Assembly: GCA_951406725.2 (NCBI GenBank)
Contig: OX597824.1
Coordinates: 45,136,001 to 45,200,000 of the forward strand
Direction: 5' to 3'
DNA from: Octopus vulgaris
Taxonomy: Eukaryota
DNA length: 64,000 bases
Position numbers and translations under genes: made by a program. The notes beneath the pieces are model-generated. The model saw only the letters and a program-made list of their open reading frames with translations, ran no database searches and had not been told where the DNA came from. Positions 13,326 to 28,598 of the stretch are shown piece by piece (within the stretch, counting starts at the first letter, position 1; the number at the start of each line of letters is the position of its first letter).

Positions 13326-13956
13326 GTACTACTTGTTGTATATTTTTTCCGCATCTGCTTCCTCTCACTGTACTTCTCCAATATATATGTGTGTGTGTGT
13401 GTGTCTACACATGTATATACATATGTATATACACACACACACACACACACATATTTACATACTGACATATTTGCATATACACAGATATACTGGTTACATA
13501 TATCTTCCACATATAATTCCTCCTACTTTACATTCCTAAATATTGTTAATAGACTTTCTTTCATGCATTATCATTTTACACATTTTTTCTTTGTATTATC
13601 TTCTTGTTACCAGTATATATCTGTATCAACCTAAGACTGTCTCTTTAATTTCCTTTCTCTCTCATACTTTTATATAAAAATTTGTGTATTTATGCTGTTA
13701 GCTATATTTCATGCATGAGATTTTAAGCTGTTAAACTGAGAGTAATAGTAAATTTTCAATAAAAGTTAGGTGGAACTTTTCAAGATACATGCACATGAAT
13801 GTACAGTCACACATATTATACATAAATATAATTTGCATATACAAATATATGTATATAAATGAGTGTGTGTGTGTATGCTATGTGTGAGTATATGAATGTA
13901 TACATGCATATATGTCCAGTTATGTATTTAAAAAATTAATGGTTTTATTTTTGAAG

Positions 13957-14041
13957 GAACATATCATCTGTTGTAAATATCAGTAATCCTACAAGACAGA
14001 TTTTGGAAATAAAAGACAGAGTGGTTGAGGTTGAACGAGAT
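13957..14041 (+). CDS. CCDC88: CCDC88 exon NISSVVNISNPTRQILEIKDRVVEVERD
   Basis: tttgaag|G ... GAT|gtaagt, phase 2 to 0; matches Girdin 'TRELLKVKDRLIEVER'. Confidence 0.88.
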
Positions 14042-14847
14042 GTAAGTACTTAAATAACAATCTATATCTTTTTCATTTCTTTCATGTAAAAATAATTTCA
14101 TCTAAAGACTTATTTTTTATTTCAATGTAATATAGATGTTTAAATATGATCAAAAATAATATATATATTAACAGTACTTGTAGAAATTCCAAGATCATTT
14201 TGATAACTATAAGACAGTTGGAATTTCATAGAGAACCATAAAATAGAGAACTTCTTTTGAAATTATATTTTTTGTGAAGTTTTTGATATTTCAAGTGGTG
14301 TCAAGTCCACATAGATATTACTGAATGTACTGCCTTTGAGAACATTTTCAAAAGTATGTATTTCTTATACATATATCACCTCTTTTCCCTTGAGAGTTGT
14401 TTTCTACTATTTTTATTTTTGTTAAAAAGTAAGCCTTCATAACTGTGCTCAGAAATCACACACAAACTATTGATAATATTCCACTATTTTTATGCTTCCT
14501 TATTTTCATAGAGAAAAGTATATATAGCTGGATTTGAACCCACAATCCCCATTTAATGAAGTACAATAGTTGCATCACTAAGCTATGGCTTCTAAAATAT
14601 ATATAATAATAATACACACACACAACACATATGCATACATAGTGTATTAATAAATTTTACTTCATAATTGTTAGTGAAGTTGTGTGAAAGAATATGCTAT
14701 TGTGTCTATCTGCTATGTAAGCATGTTTTTATACCATTGTTGTATAAAATATTCGTGAATTTAAAATGTAAACTTGAATACCTTTAAGTTTCTTAATCTT
14801 TTACTGGATTCTTAAAATTAGTATTCTCTCCCTAAAATATGTGTGTG

Positions 14848-14887
<40 letters not shown>

Positions 14888-15032
14888 TATACACAAATTT
14901 TGGTACAGTTTACTTTTCTAATGTAAAACTCTAATTTTGTATTCAGTTCAAACTTAACAGATTAAGAAAAAGATATCTTCCATGAAATTATATCATTTTT
15001 CTAAAGACCTTTTTCATACTATTTTGTTGCAG

Positions 15033-15803
15033 AATGCTACATTGCTGGCTGAAAATAAAAACCTTAAGCGCCAACTAGAAGTAATAGATCAACAAATAGC
15101 TAAAAAGGATAATGATTACCACAAGCTTCAATATCAGTTAAGTACACTTCATGAACAAAATAACACCAGCCATTCACAGCATGCAAAGATTGAAGTAGAG
15201 AACAAAACCTTACAGACACAGTGCACATCACTGCAAGCACAGAACTCCTCATTGCAATCTCAGCTGAACAATGCAGATCTAGAGAATGAGAGAAATTTGC
15301 AGCGTATTGAAGAACTACAAAACAAATATGACTCTTTAGTTTCTGCACATGAAACTTTGCAAAAGCTCCATGATGATCTTACCACTGAATATGAGTCCCT
15401 TATTTCTGAGCATGGGTCTCTGAAAACCACACATAAATCAAGTTGTGGTGAAATGAAAGACCTACAAGATCAACTATCTATTTTACTTCGAGGCAAGAAT
15501 GATATCACTAAGCTGCGCGAAATGCTTGAGAAAGAGAGGGAACAGTTGAAAGTAGAGTCCAAGTCACTGAGTAACCTGCAAATTGATTATAATCAAATGA
15601 GGAACAAATATGATAATTTGCACACAGCATATAAGCGTTTGGAAAAGGAGCATCAAGATCTTGGAGTGGAGTACAAGAGAATAAAAACTGAATATAATGA
15701 TTTGCAACTCCGTTACACTGAACTTCAAGGAGATGCTGCAGAAAGCAGGGAGCAGCTCAGCAATACCGATCTTGAGATGACAAAACTAGCCACTCGTTGT
15801 GAA
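15033..15803 (+). CDS. CCDC88: CCDC88 large coiled-coil exon (257 codons, NATLLAENK...LATRCE)
   Basis: ttgcag|AAT ... GAA|gtaagt; heptad-rich; 'EYESLISEHGSLKT' is typical of the family. Confidence 0.93.
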
Positions 15804-16962
15804 GTAAGTAAAAGCTACATTTATTTCATATTTGAAGCAGTTTATATTACAGTTTGCATAAACTTTTCCCAATTTCCTTCCTGTTCTTCAAATCAAGTTT
15901 GCAACTTTATAATCAATCCAATTCCATGGCCATTAACTATGCTATTACTTGCTGTCTTTTCTTCTAACTATAATTCTTGTGATCAATAGGTTAACCACTT
16001 TCAGACATAACTGTTGGAAGTACTTTGTGAGGGCTACCACATTCCCTAACCTTGCAGAAGCACTGCCATCATCACATTCCTCTGCCTAGCTGAATTCATT
16101 CTTGAACTGAATTGTTTGCCTTTCTCCCCCCCTCCCCCACTATTCCTAATTTATCTACTCAGAAAATATCACTCCCATTTATTACACTTTTAAACTATTA
16201 GATATAAAACTATTCTAAATTGTAAATTTATGTTAAGAATAAACCAACATTATGCAGTCTACAGCTGATAGCAGTACTTTATATGGTCATTACATATATC
16301 AACATAAATGAATTGAAAACAAATGTATAAAAGTATATATACATATTATATAAATGTAAAAGAAAAATATATCTAAAGAATATACACAGCATATAAAAGA
16401 ATGTTGATCCAGCTATTTCAAGTGATTTCATTGCAAAGAAAATATAAGGGTCTGAAGCAGCTTTTTTTCTCCTACCTTTATTTTTTTTACATCAATATTT
16501 GAAAGCACATTTTATACCCTAACAACTGTTTCAACAAAAAATGCAAATTTATAAAAGTCATCTTCCTGACTATTTTTAGTTTTAATCAACAAAAGTCAAA
16601 TTGTTTCATTATCAGTAATCTCTTGTACATTATTTTTTTATGCTAACATGGATTGTCTGTCTTAAAGACTGTATTCCTCCCTCAATCTTATGTACTTTAT
16701 CATGGTTTATGGCTAGAATTTTTACAGCTGGATGTCTTTCCTATTAACAACCACTTTGATGGAGGCTGCTGAGTTGTTATATTGGAATACTAGCACTAAA
16801 AACTGGGTTATCAATTCAGACTTTTCCATTCCATATTGGCTCAAATGCTGGAATTAAAATAAAAGAAGGTCCAATGTATTTATTTTATACACCATGGGAT
16901 ATTTTTGTTTTCTTTTTTTTTTGTTTTCTTGAAATCTCTGACTTGAGGATTGATGTAGTTCT

Positions 16963-17180
16963 TTTACCCTTTTGTTACAATATTTCAACTGAAATAAACT
17001 GCCTTTGTTTCAGTTAATTTTGAAAATCATGAAGAATTTAGTAAAATATATTTACCATTATTTAGTTGGTGTTTGAAACATAAACCAACAAGAAGTTATG
17101 ATGGAAGATTTTAATTCAGAGTCTCTAAAACAGAAAATTTGTATCATAGATATTAGATGGGTTGGTATCAAAAGGGTTAG
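16963..17180. mobile_element. piggyBac-like MITE (ttaccct...agggtta); related partial copy at about 34755-34897
   Basis: Short CCCT/AGGG terminal inverted repeats next to degenerate TTAA. Confidence 0.45.
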
Positions 17181-17464
17181 ATGACCTTGGCTAGACATTG
17201 CTCACTGCTACTTTCTATCAAATCTAAAAGAAAAATAAACCACCACCACCACCACTATTCCACTGCTGAATGATAAGCATTTTGCAGAACACAAAGCTGT
17301 GGAATAGTTACTTCAAATGTTTATGAAAATAGCAGAACAATGTTTAACATGAAAAATTTTCTTTTCAAACACCTTTGAACTGTGTAGTGTGCCATGACTT
17401 TTCTGAATGCTAAGTGATAATCTAACCAGTTATTAACATTTTTTTAAAAACTATTTTTGTTCAG

Positions 17465-17610
17465 GCAATCGATCAAATGAATCAAAAGATGGAAGAAGAA
17501 AATAACCAATTGCTGTATCAGATGAAAACTTTGATAAACCAAAATCAAGAGCTTCTCAGTGAAGCTCTCAACAGTAAAGACCAGCATGCAGAGACTGCAA
17601 AAGCTTATCA
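17465..17610 (+). CDS. CCDC88: CCDC88 exon AIDQMNQKMEEENNQLLYQMKTLINQNQELLSEALNSKDQHAETAKAYQ
   Basis: ttcag|GCA ... CA|gtaagt, phase 0 to 2; similar to Girdin 'LEEENRHLLDQIQTLMLQN...SKD'. Confidence 0.9.
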
Positions 17611-19418
17611 GTAAGTATCTATTTTTGTACTTGTGCATTTCAAATCACCTAACTACACATCATTATTTATTTCACTCAATAATCCAGTACTAAGTTATTC
17701 TCTACTTTTTTAAACTTACTCCATTGTGCTCTGCAAATAGAGGCTTAGAAGTTTGCTTGAGGCACTGTACATACAATACTTGTAATTGTTGCCATCAACA
17801 TACTATTTTAGTCCACATACTTACAAACCACTATTTACCTTTCTGAGAGCAAATAGTGGCTGATAAGTGTATAGCAGTTACATGAAATATCTGGTTTAAA
17901 GCTTAATTATATAAAAACAATACAGATAAGAAATAATTTGAATGGATATGGCTCAAGGGCTGATACATATAGTGAACAAGTTTTGAAGAACCAACAATCC
18001 ATTTTATAAGGTGTACAAGAGAGAGAAATCAAAGAGAGAGAAGTAAGGAATTCAGTTAAAGACAACAGTCAAGTCAGTTGGTTAGATGATGAATCCAATG
18101 TAGGGAGCTGGAGATGGAAGCTGCACTCTGTAATCTCTATAATGAAGAGTAGAGTTGGGAAAGTTGTTAGTCAACAATTACACCTAGGGCTAAAATATTT
18201 CTTAACTGGAAAATAAGTACAGGCATGGTTGTTTGGTTAATTTCACTTGGTACCCCTGTAGTTCCAGGTTGGCTTCACTGCATGGTATTCTAACAGATCT
18301 TCTACCATAACTTCAGGTCAACCAGTTTCTTGTGAGTGAAATTTGGTGGTCATAAACTAAGCAAAAGCCTGTCAGAAATTCTGTTTTGTGTTTTATTGTT
18401 TGGTCTGGAGGAAAGAATTATGCCTATAACAGGGACTGTGCCCATGACATGGGCTGTTTTCTCTTATATGTCCTTGACAAAGTACAACTCATTCTAGACT
18501 GGTGAGAAATGGGGTTAATGTCTATTTTTAAACAGTTGTAAGTTGACAGCTGCAAGTAAATCTAGAGTGCCAACATTCTAGGGAGTATACCCCAGTTTGT
18601 GTAGCACTTAACCAGTAATTGGTGCATTGGAAGCATGTAACCAACAATGCAATTAACTATTACAATATAAAATAAAGGCAACAGATTTAATATAGCTTTA
18701 AAAATTTCAAGAATCTACAGCTATATAATGAGATCAGATAGTGCTTTGTATAGACAGTAGGAGGATGAAGGAAAGGGTGTGTAACTGAGTGACTTAAGGT
18801 GAAATGCAGTATCTGTTCCATGCAATAGTATATGATGGGGGAGGGCATATATATATATATATATAACACCTAAACTGAAGATTTAAAAGGCCAAAGGTCA
18901 AATTTTGCAAGTTTTTAACATGGGGTACTGATATAGTTGTAATAAAGCATTCATCTAACTCTTTACTCTCTGTGCTGCTTCCGCTGCCCTAAGAAAAATT
19001 AGTCTCTTAAGATTTAATTTCTAGAATCAAAAAGTAATTTTACTGCTACTTATTTTCCAAATTTCATGTGAATGAGAAGTAAAATGAACTCCTGAGTAAT
19101 ATTATTATAGTTCAAAATCATATCAAATAAGCAATTATATAATATTAAAATGGATGTTAGCACACTTGAAGTGTTCATCCAAGAAATTTTAATTAAAGGT
19201 AATGAGAACTGTATAATATTGAGTCTGTTAAGAATTTCTTTTGTACTTATTTTATTAGATCCAGTAGATTAAAAGTAATACTGACTCTGGAAGAATTTGT
19301 ACTCATAACAGTAAAGCAATAAACTTTAAATATTATTAAATATCTAGTTTAGCTCACACAACATCACCACTCTTTCCAAACCCTAGTAATGCTTGCTAAT
19401 TAATGTTTCTAATTACAG

Positions 19419-19508
19419 AGAGAAATTTGCTGATTTGCGCCGGCAGAAAGAGAGACTAGAAGAGAAAATAATGGAACATTATAAGATGCGCCTAGAATCT
19501 CCCAAAAA
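19419..19508 (+). CDS. CCDC88: CCDC88 exon EKFADLRRQKERLEEKIMEHYKMRLESPKK (end of coiled coil)
   Basis: ttacag|A ... AA|gtaaac; strongly matches the conserved 'LRRQKEKLEEKIMDQYK' hallmark. Confidence 0.93.
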
Positions 19509-19519
19509 GTAAACCTTTA

Positions 19520-19870
19520 TTATTTTATTCTTTTATCCAATTTGGTCATTTGATTGCAGCCATGCTGGAGCACCACCTTTAGTCAAACAAATCGACCCCA
19601 GGACTTAATCTTTGTAAGCCTTGTACTTATTCTGTCGGTCACTTTTGCCAAACCATTAAGTTACGGGGGCCGTGAACACACCAACATCAGTTTCCAAGTG
19701 ATGGTTGGGGGATAATCACATGCACAAACATACACACACACACACACATACATATACATACACAAAGGGCTTCTTTCAGTTTCCATCTACCGAATCCACC
19801 ACACAGTGGGACTGAACTCAGAATCATGTCGTTGGTAAGCAAGCTACTTACCACACAGCCACTCCTGCAC
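19520..19870 (-). mobile_element. SINE inserted about 10 bp downstream of a splice donor
   Basis: Same family as 500-890. Confidence 0.7.
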
Positions 19871-19921
19871 CTTATATATATATATATATACTTCTTTTCA
19901 TTAATATTTTATATGTATATA

Positions 19922-20410
19922 TAGGGTGTTTCAAAAAATTTGATCTCCAGTGAGATGGAGCCCCGTCCTGTTGAAAAATGAAGTCTTCATGTTCATTTGC
20001 AATGAGTTCATCTGTTAGCTAGTTCTGAAGCATTTGCACAGTCATATTTCCCTCAAAGAAAAATGGGCCATGAAGATGCTTCTTGGAGATGGCACAGAAC
20101 ACGTTCACCTTTGGTGAGTCCTTCTCATGTTCAACTGTGGTATGGGGATTTTCTTTGCCCCAAATGCAAACATTATGCTGATTGATTTTTGCCATTCGTA
20201 TGAAATGTGGCCTCATTGAACTCAACTTCTTTGTGTATATCAACACAGAATTGTTTGCATTTTTGCTTGTCATCAGACGTTATGCCCTGAACAAGCTGCA
20301 GCTTGTAGGGTTTCGTTAGCAAGTGTTTCCTCAGGATGAACCAAACTATCGTTAGAGGAATCTGTGTTTCCAGACTTATTCTTCTTATGGACTTCTTGGG
20401 GTCGAAAAAG
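19922..20410 (-). mobile_element. Degenerate Tc1/mariner-superfamily transposase fragment
   Basis: Frameshifted peptides KPYKLQLVQ, (D>N)EATFH, HNVCIWGKENPH, KVNVFCAIS...GPFFFEG, FQQDGAP; terminus 'tagggtgtttcaaaaaa'. Confidence 0.75.
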
Positions 20411-21011
20411 TGGGTTGAATTCCAATCAAAATGGATTGTGGAAAAAAAAAACAAGGGGCTGATCAATAGGGATCGTGTATCACAGAAATGTCAATGTAAA
20501 AAGGGAGAACAGATTAGGTTTATCCGTGGAAGGAAAAGCCTGTCATGCAAAAAAACATATTACAGTAAGTGGCTCTCTTTTTTCCTTTCTTTTTTTGGGT
20601 ACTTAGGATTATGTTCAAGATGGATGGATAGTCAGACAGATGGGTAGAGGAAAAGAGAGAGAGAAGGGGTATCCACCTTCCTATTCACCATTCATTCATT
20701 TTTTAATTATTTTTTCCTTTGGAATGGATTTAAGGATGGTGACCTTGAAAAACAAACAGGTGTGGTTTGGTCATAACTGAAAGTCTTTTTGCTTTCTACC
20801 TCTCTTTTTTCGTTTTTCCCATCTTTTCTTCTTTCCTTTTTCCTCCTTTCTTTGTCTCCTCTTTGAGTTATATTAAAAATATACCCCTTTTAAACATTCA
20901 TTTTTGGAGGGAATTTTTTGATAAAGTGTAGTTCTGCATGAAAATACATTAGTATAATATTTGCAAATTAACAATTCGAAAAATCAAACAGTAAATAAAA
21001 TAAAATGTGTG

Positions 21012-21063
<52 letters not shown>

Positions 21064-21339
21064 TATATATATATACGTAAAGCTAGAACATCAGAATGCT
21101 ACACATATATATATCTGAACATTTGTAGAGATGAGCCACATTTGGAATAAAGAATTCAAATTCTCCACTCTACCTTCAAACATTCAATTTTAGGGAGGAT
21201 TCCTTGATGAAGTATGTGGGGGGGGGGGGGGATAAGTCCATGTTTATATTGTGTAACTTTAATCACGCCTCTTTCAATTCCATGATTTTGCATTAGAGAA
21301 CATTAGTATAACACTTACAAAATGTAATGTCTCTGCTTT

Positions 21340-21585
21340 TCTTTCAAACATTCAACTTTGGAGAAAATTTTTTGATGAAATGTAGTTCCATTGCTTTTTG
21401 GTATTGCGGATTGTCCTGTGCACATTTGTAAAAGGGAAAAAATCTGAATTTTCCATCGCCGCATATTTCCAGATGCTTACTTAATGGAATTTTGCGTAAT
21501 TCTTCTTGCTGGATATATTGCCTGTGGATTCTTGCACATTGGCAGAGGGAATTATTTGTTTCACCATAAGCACTAATAATAATGA
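21340..21585 (-). mobile_element. Penelope-like retroelement remnant (C-terminal GIY-YIG endonuclease)
   Basis: Peptides YGET..SL, RIHRQ, SKHL..C, ELHFIKKFSPKLN follow the GIY-YIG end pattern of Penelope elements. Confidence 0.55.
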
Positions 21586-21634
21586 AGAAATAAAAGGATT
21601 TTTTCCCAAAATTCTGACGACTTTTTTTCTCAAA

Positions 21635-21669
<35 letters not shown>

Positions 21670-21670
<1 letters not shown>

Positions 21671-21832
21671 CACTCAGTCCACTCTACAGGGTGGTTGGTG
21701 TTAGGAAGGGCATCCAGCCATAAAAACCATGCCAAAACAGACAGTAGCCTGGTGTAGTCTTCTACCTGGCCACATCCTGTCAAACTGTCCAACCCATGCC
21801 GGCATGGAAGACAGATGTTAAATGATGATGAT
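21670..21832 (+). mobile_element. RTE-type 3' tail or short retroposon ending in (GAT)n
   Basis: 'gttaggaagggcatccagc...ccaacccatgc...gttaaatgatgatg', shared with 29790, 32375 and 47405. Confidence 0.7.
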
Positions 21833-22153
21833 ATAGTGTTACTGGTTAGGAACCATTTTGATATTTTCAGGAATTTGTAGTGTTAATGATAATTATAGGT
21901 TAATGTACAATTTCTCTCTACATGATTAATATTGGTGGTGGTGCTGGTTGTGGTAACTTGTTAAATATTATCATTTAGTGTTTTATAAACAAAAGGATAC
22001 ACAAATGCAAATGTTAAGATAAATAATGTTTTTTGTATCATTTAATTTCTCAGTAAATTGTTTCTTGAATAGATAAAATATTGATATTTGTGTATGTGTG
22101 TGCCCAATAGTGAATTAATTTTAATATCTTATTGCTTATATCTTTCGTTGAAG

Positions 22154-22205
22154 ACGCAGCCTGGGAGCCACTCTAGTACGGAAAGCAAGAGGTATTATAA
22201 CACGG
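22154..22205 (+). CDS. CCDC88: CCDC88 exon RSLGATLVRKARGIITR
   Basis: gttgaag|A ... CGG|gtaagt, phase 2 to 0; basic amphipathic segment like Daple 'GAKALVK'. Confidence 0.8.
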
Positions 22206-23041
22206 GTAAGTAGCATTTTGTACTTCAAAGGGAATAAAAGATTGTGAAGAGTAGTGTAATCATTAATCTCAAAGTTTTACTATTAAATTAACTTTTTTGA
22301 GAAAAGTGAAGAATTATGGTAAAAAGAAGAACCATTATATCAAACATTAATGGAATCTATCTCACTGGTCTAGAAAGGCCTGTGAAAGCCAGGAGTGCTG
22401 CCTCTTCCTCAGACACAGTGAGTAAAAAAATTTGATGCTGAAGTTCAATATCCAAAAACTTTTTATCTTCTGGGGGACAGGGATAAATGCCTGTTAATAT
22501 TGTATTTCAGTTGTATGTATTTCTTAACTATTAAATTCATACTCAAATACCTATTTCTGAAAGATGCAGTTATGAAGTCCTAATGAAATAATTCTATTTA
22601 ATATAGAACCATAAAAAAACCTGTAATACAGCACATGTGAGAAAAGAAAAACAAGTGTTTCTGTTGTGTTGATATAGAGATAGAATAATGTATAAATCTA
22701 GAGATTAGTGTTAGTAAAAGTGTCCTTGGTCAGACTTTAAAATGTGGGTTTGACTACTAGATAGCATTTTATCTCTGAGACATTACCTTAAGCAGTAGGG
22801 ACATTTTGTAAAATATTTTGTAACTCAACAGAAAACTTGTTTTGATGTAATTTTAGATGCATTGAGTACAGTGTTTTCAAGAGATCAATAAATGAGATAT
22901 ATTACTGATATTCTTAATACGAAGAAACCACTTCATTAAAGTAAATTTTAAAGTTTGGTGGGAAGTTAAATTTACTTATGTTTTATTTTAAATTTCATTT
23001 ATCTTTAATCAACTTAAATATTTCAATTGTTCTTTACTTAG

Positions 23042-23162
23042 GTCCATCGAACAAAAAGCAAGACAAATTTAACCAATTCTGAAAGTCCTGATAACTCATC
23101 TGTTGGTTCAGGATCCTGTGGAGAAGCAGCTGATGCTGATAGTAATAGTGGGCGAAGAATTA
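23042..23162 (+). CDS. CCDC88: CCDC88 exon VHRTKSKTNLTNSESPDNSSVGSGSCGEAADADSNSGRRI
   Basis: acttag|GTC ... A|gtaagt, phase 0 to 1; 'DNSSVGS' resembles Girdin 'DSSSVGSNS'. Confidence 0.85.
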
Positions 23163-24193
23163 GTAAGTGACATTATTTGTCTTAACTGAGAAAGAATTTT
23201 AATTTTTTTCCTTTTTTTTTTCCATAAACCTCTTATCAATTTACATCATTTTGATACTGAAAACATCCAACCAATCTCACAGCAAATGTGGACTTTGTAC
23301 AGAAGGCAAAGAGTTAATAAATACTTCAATGTCTAATTCTATGCCTCTTGTATCTATGTTCAAATCTACATAAACTACTATTGGTAAAATAAAGGATAGT
23401 AATTATATTAGATTTAATTCAGTAAAAAATATCACTTTCCCAAATTTTAGTGCCAAGGAAATTAGATAGCTAATATGCTAGTCAAAAGTTGCTGCTTAAA
23501 ATCCTAGATATTTCTAATAAATTAGTGGGGTCACCTTAGTTGCTCAATCACTTGAGTATGTAAAGAAAAATAATGATTGAACAAACACTCAGATAATTTG
23601 TGGATTAAAAAAATATCTTTGAAATTTTGCTTAAAATTATAGATTTATCTAAATTCTTTCATTTTATTTGGTCGTTCTATGTTCTTATTTTAAAATTTAA
23701 GTATTCAAAAAATTTTTAATTATTTATTTCAGAATTGATATTGTTGGAAAACATTACTGGCTAATCAATATTTTACAATAACTAAAGCAAAAATTCTTTT
23801 AAGAAATTAATTATTTTGATACATTTATTTTCTGTTTTCAACTGTTTATATACTCTTAAAGAAATAATTCTGTAGGTTTCATAATGTTACTCTAAGAATA
23901 TAGAAATGTTACTTTAAAACCATTAAAAGAATGAACAACTTTAGCCTCTTCAACCTCAGGACCATCATCATCTGACCCTAAGAGCTCTTTAATATAGAAT
24001 GGAACTCATGTAACATGTTATATCTTATATTTATTTGTCGATGTTACTTAGTTATTAATGCTAAACCAGAGACAAAGCTAAACATACATTTTGTGTGAAT
24101 TGTTGCTAGATAAAGGTTGGCCATTGCTACTTTATAGATCGTTTGTTTCTGTGCCTACTCTTAGCATTTTCTTGATATTTTGTTGAAATTTAA

Positions 24194-24407
24194 GGTGGCG
24201 AGCTGGCAGAAACATTAGCATGCCGGGTGAAATGCTTAGCAGTATTTCATCTGTCTTTATGTTCTGAGTTCAAATTCCGCCAAGGTTCACTTTGCCTTTC
24301 ATCCTTTTGGGGGTCGATAAATTGAGTACCAGTTGCCTACTGGGGTTGGTCTAATAGACTGGTTCCCTCCCCAAAAATTTTGGGCCTTGTGCCTAGAGTA
24401 GAAAAGA
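24194..24407 (+). mobile_element. Full-length tRNA-derived SINE with 17-bp target-site duplication
   Basis: TSD attttgttgaaatttaa at 24177-24193 and 24408-24424; Pol III A box (ggcgagctggcagaa) and B box (gagttcaaattcc). Confidence 0.88.
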
Positions 24408-25607
24408 ATTTTGTTGAAATTTAAATTTGTTGTTGTTTCTATTATATATTTTTCTAATTGTTAAATTCATATTATTGCATGCATTAATTGTTGCATTATC
24501 ATTTGTTTTAGGTTGACAATAGTGTTTACATTGCTTCTTTATTTGTTGTCAGCTACACTTGCTTGCTATGCATCACTTCTCCACTTGCCTTTCTATATAA
24601 ATGTATAAACCTTTTCAGACACATTCCACAAAACTTTTTATAAGGACCTGTTTGCATGTATAATCTACTATTAAGTGTGATATAAAATTAGATTTTCTCT
24701 ACAACAAATTTTAAAAGTAACGTAGCCAAAGAAAGACGAAGTGAAGAAACTAGTAACAGTAAACAGTCACCTAATTAAACAACACACTCATATTTATAGT
24801 TTTGTTAAATTTGTTATATTACAATATTTTTCCTAATCTAAATGTAACTGAAATTACTCAAATGCTGAAAAATATTTGAATATTTAATTATATTTTCATA
24901 ATTTATGTTTTTATGTATCTTTTATTATGTGATTAAGGATAAAAAAAGGCTGTGGTTTTATATTAATTTAACTTCAAAAATTTTTATTGCTGGATAGACT
25001 GTACATATGATCCAAAGGGTCAGCATTGTTGACACTCTGTATTATGTTGATTCTGCCTGAGGGTTTCACTCAGTGTACAAGTGTCTGTAGTATACTCAAC
25101 CAAGTATTTCAACTAAAATGTTCATTATAACCACTTGAGACCCATTGACTTCCTTTTATTTTCATATATGTACATCCATATTCTTTTACTGGTTTCAGTC
25201 ATTGGACTGCTACACTTTTAGGGCATCTCCTATATTACTTATTTCAGTCTGCTACTTTTTATATTCTGCTGATTGACTGAGTTACCATTTTGATGCAACG
25301 CCAGTCTTGATTTAGCTAGCAGTGTTGTGTCACACAAACACACGCGCACACATACCCCCCACACACACACACACACAACTCCTGAACATTTTCTATCTTT
25401 CAAATTTTCACTCACAAAGTATTGGTCAACCTATGAATATAGTAAAAGATACTTGCCTGGTTACCATACAGTGGAAATGAACTCAAAACCAAATTTTGTG
25501 AAGAAAATTTTTTAACCACACTTCCAAGCCTACCTCAACAACACACACATATGTATATTCAAACATAAAAATTCACACATACATGCATGCATATACACAC
25601 ATACTGT

Positions 25608-26589
25608 ATACAAGGTGCGTAAAATATTTGAGGACAGATTTATGTTTATACAAAAAGAGATATATAATAACAGATAGTAGCTTTATTTATCAAAAAATGC
25701 TATGAGGATAAAAATGAACCTCCTTTACTGTAATGCTATTCAATAAAGCCACCTTCAGCTTCAACAACTGCTTCTGTATGAGATCTAAATCATCTACATG
25801 CTCAACTCATGTAGTCCTGGTTCATTTTGGACATTACTCTGACTATGGCAGCTTTCATAAAATCTTTGGTACTATGGGCGTGTTCATTGACTTCTCTCTC
25901 AACAACGCTCCACATGTAATAGTCCAATGGATTGAGATGTGGGGAATTAGGGGGCTAAATGTTAGGGGTTATGTGATCATGAAAGTTTTCAGCCATCCAT
26001 TCCTGTATCACTAGAGCTATGTGTGATAGTGCAGAGTCTTACTGAAACACATATGGCCTTTCATTGCATACACTGTCTATCCAGGGCTTAACAATTATTT
26101 CCAGGACCTCAATGTAGGCAGCAGAGTTAACTATAAGGCCTTGTGGAAAGAAGTAAGTAGGCATCACCCCTAAAACCATGACAGTTGCAGGAAATTTTGT
26201 ATGCATAACACATGGAACTTTAGAATGGTCTGCACGTAACCATCTGTCATTTCTTCTGTTAACTTTTAGATCTTGAACGAAGTTTTCTTGTTTGAGAAAA
26301 ACCAAATCAAATCTTCTGCTGGATTTTTCAGTTTGTTTAAAAGCCTTTTAGATCTGATGTACTGATTTTCTTTTGCTTTTTCTGACAAATTGACCTTTCC
26401 TCATCATACATACTTATATCTGATGTCTTCGTGAACAACATTTCTGACTATTCCTTCTGACAAATGGAGATCTTTTACAATTGACCTCATGGACTTTCTG
26501 GGATTGTAATCAATGGTCTGTTGAACTTGCTGGATAAATTCAGGTGTTCTGATGATTTCAGAGTGTTTAGAATGGTTTTTATTGTAGAA

Positions 26590-26590
<1 letters not shown>
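25608..26590 (-). mobile_element. Degenerate Tc1/mariner element, DD37D (maT)-like transposase
   Basis: RNDRWL, TKFPATVMVLGV, FFPQGL.VN...YIEVLE..VKPW, YVFQ*DSA, PPNSPHLNPLDY, plus an N-terminal HTH fragment; several stops and frameshifts. Confidence 0.8.

Positions 26591-28598
<2,008 letters not shown>

Noticed and set aside
24194-24290. tRNA gene suggested by A and B boxes
   Set aside because: It is the head of a multi-copy SINE with TSD and tail; no complete cloverleaf.
24619-24657. 39-nt phase 1-1 exon-like segment after ttttcag
   Set aside because: Weak donor (CAT|gtataa) and no recognisable peptide; expected by chance in AT-rich introns.
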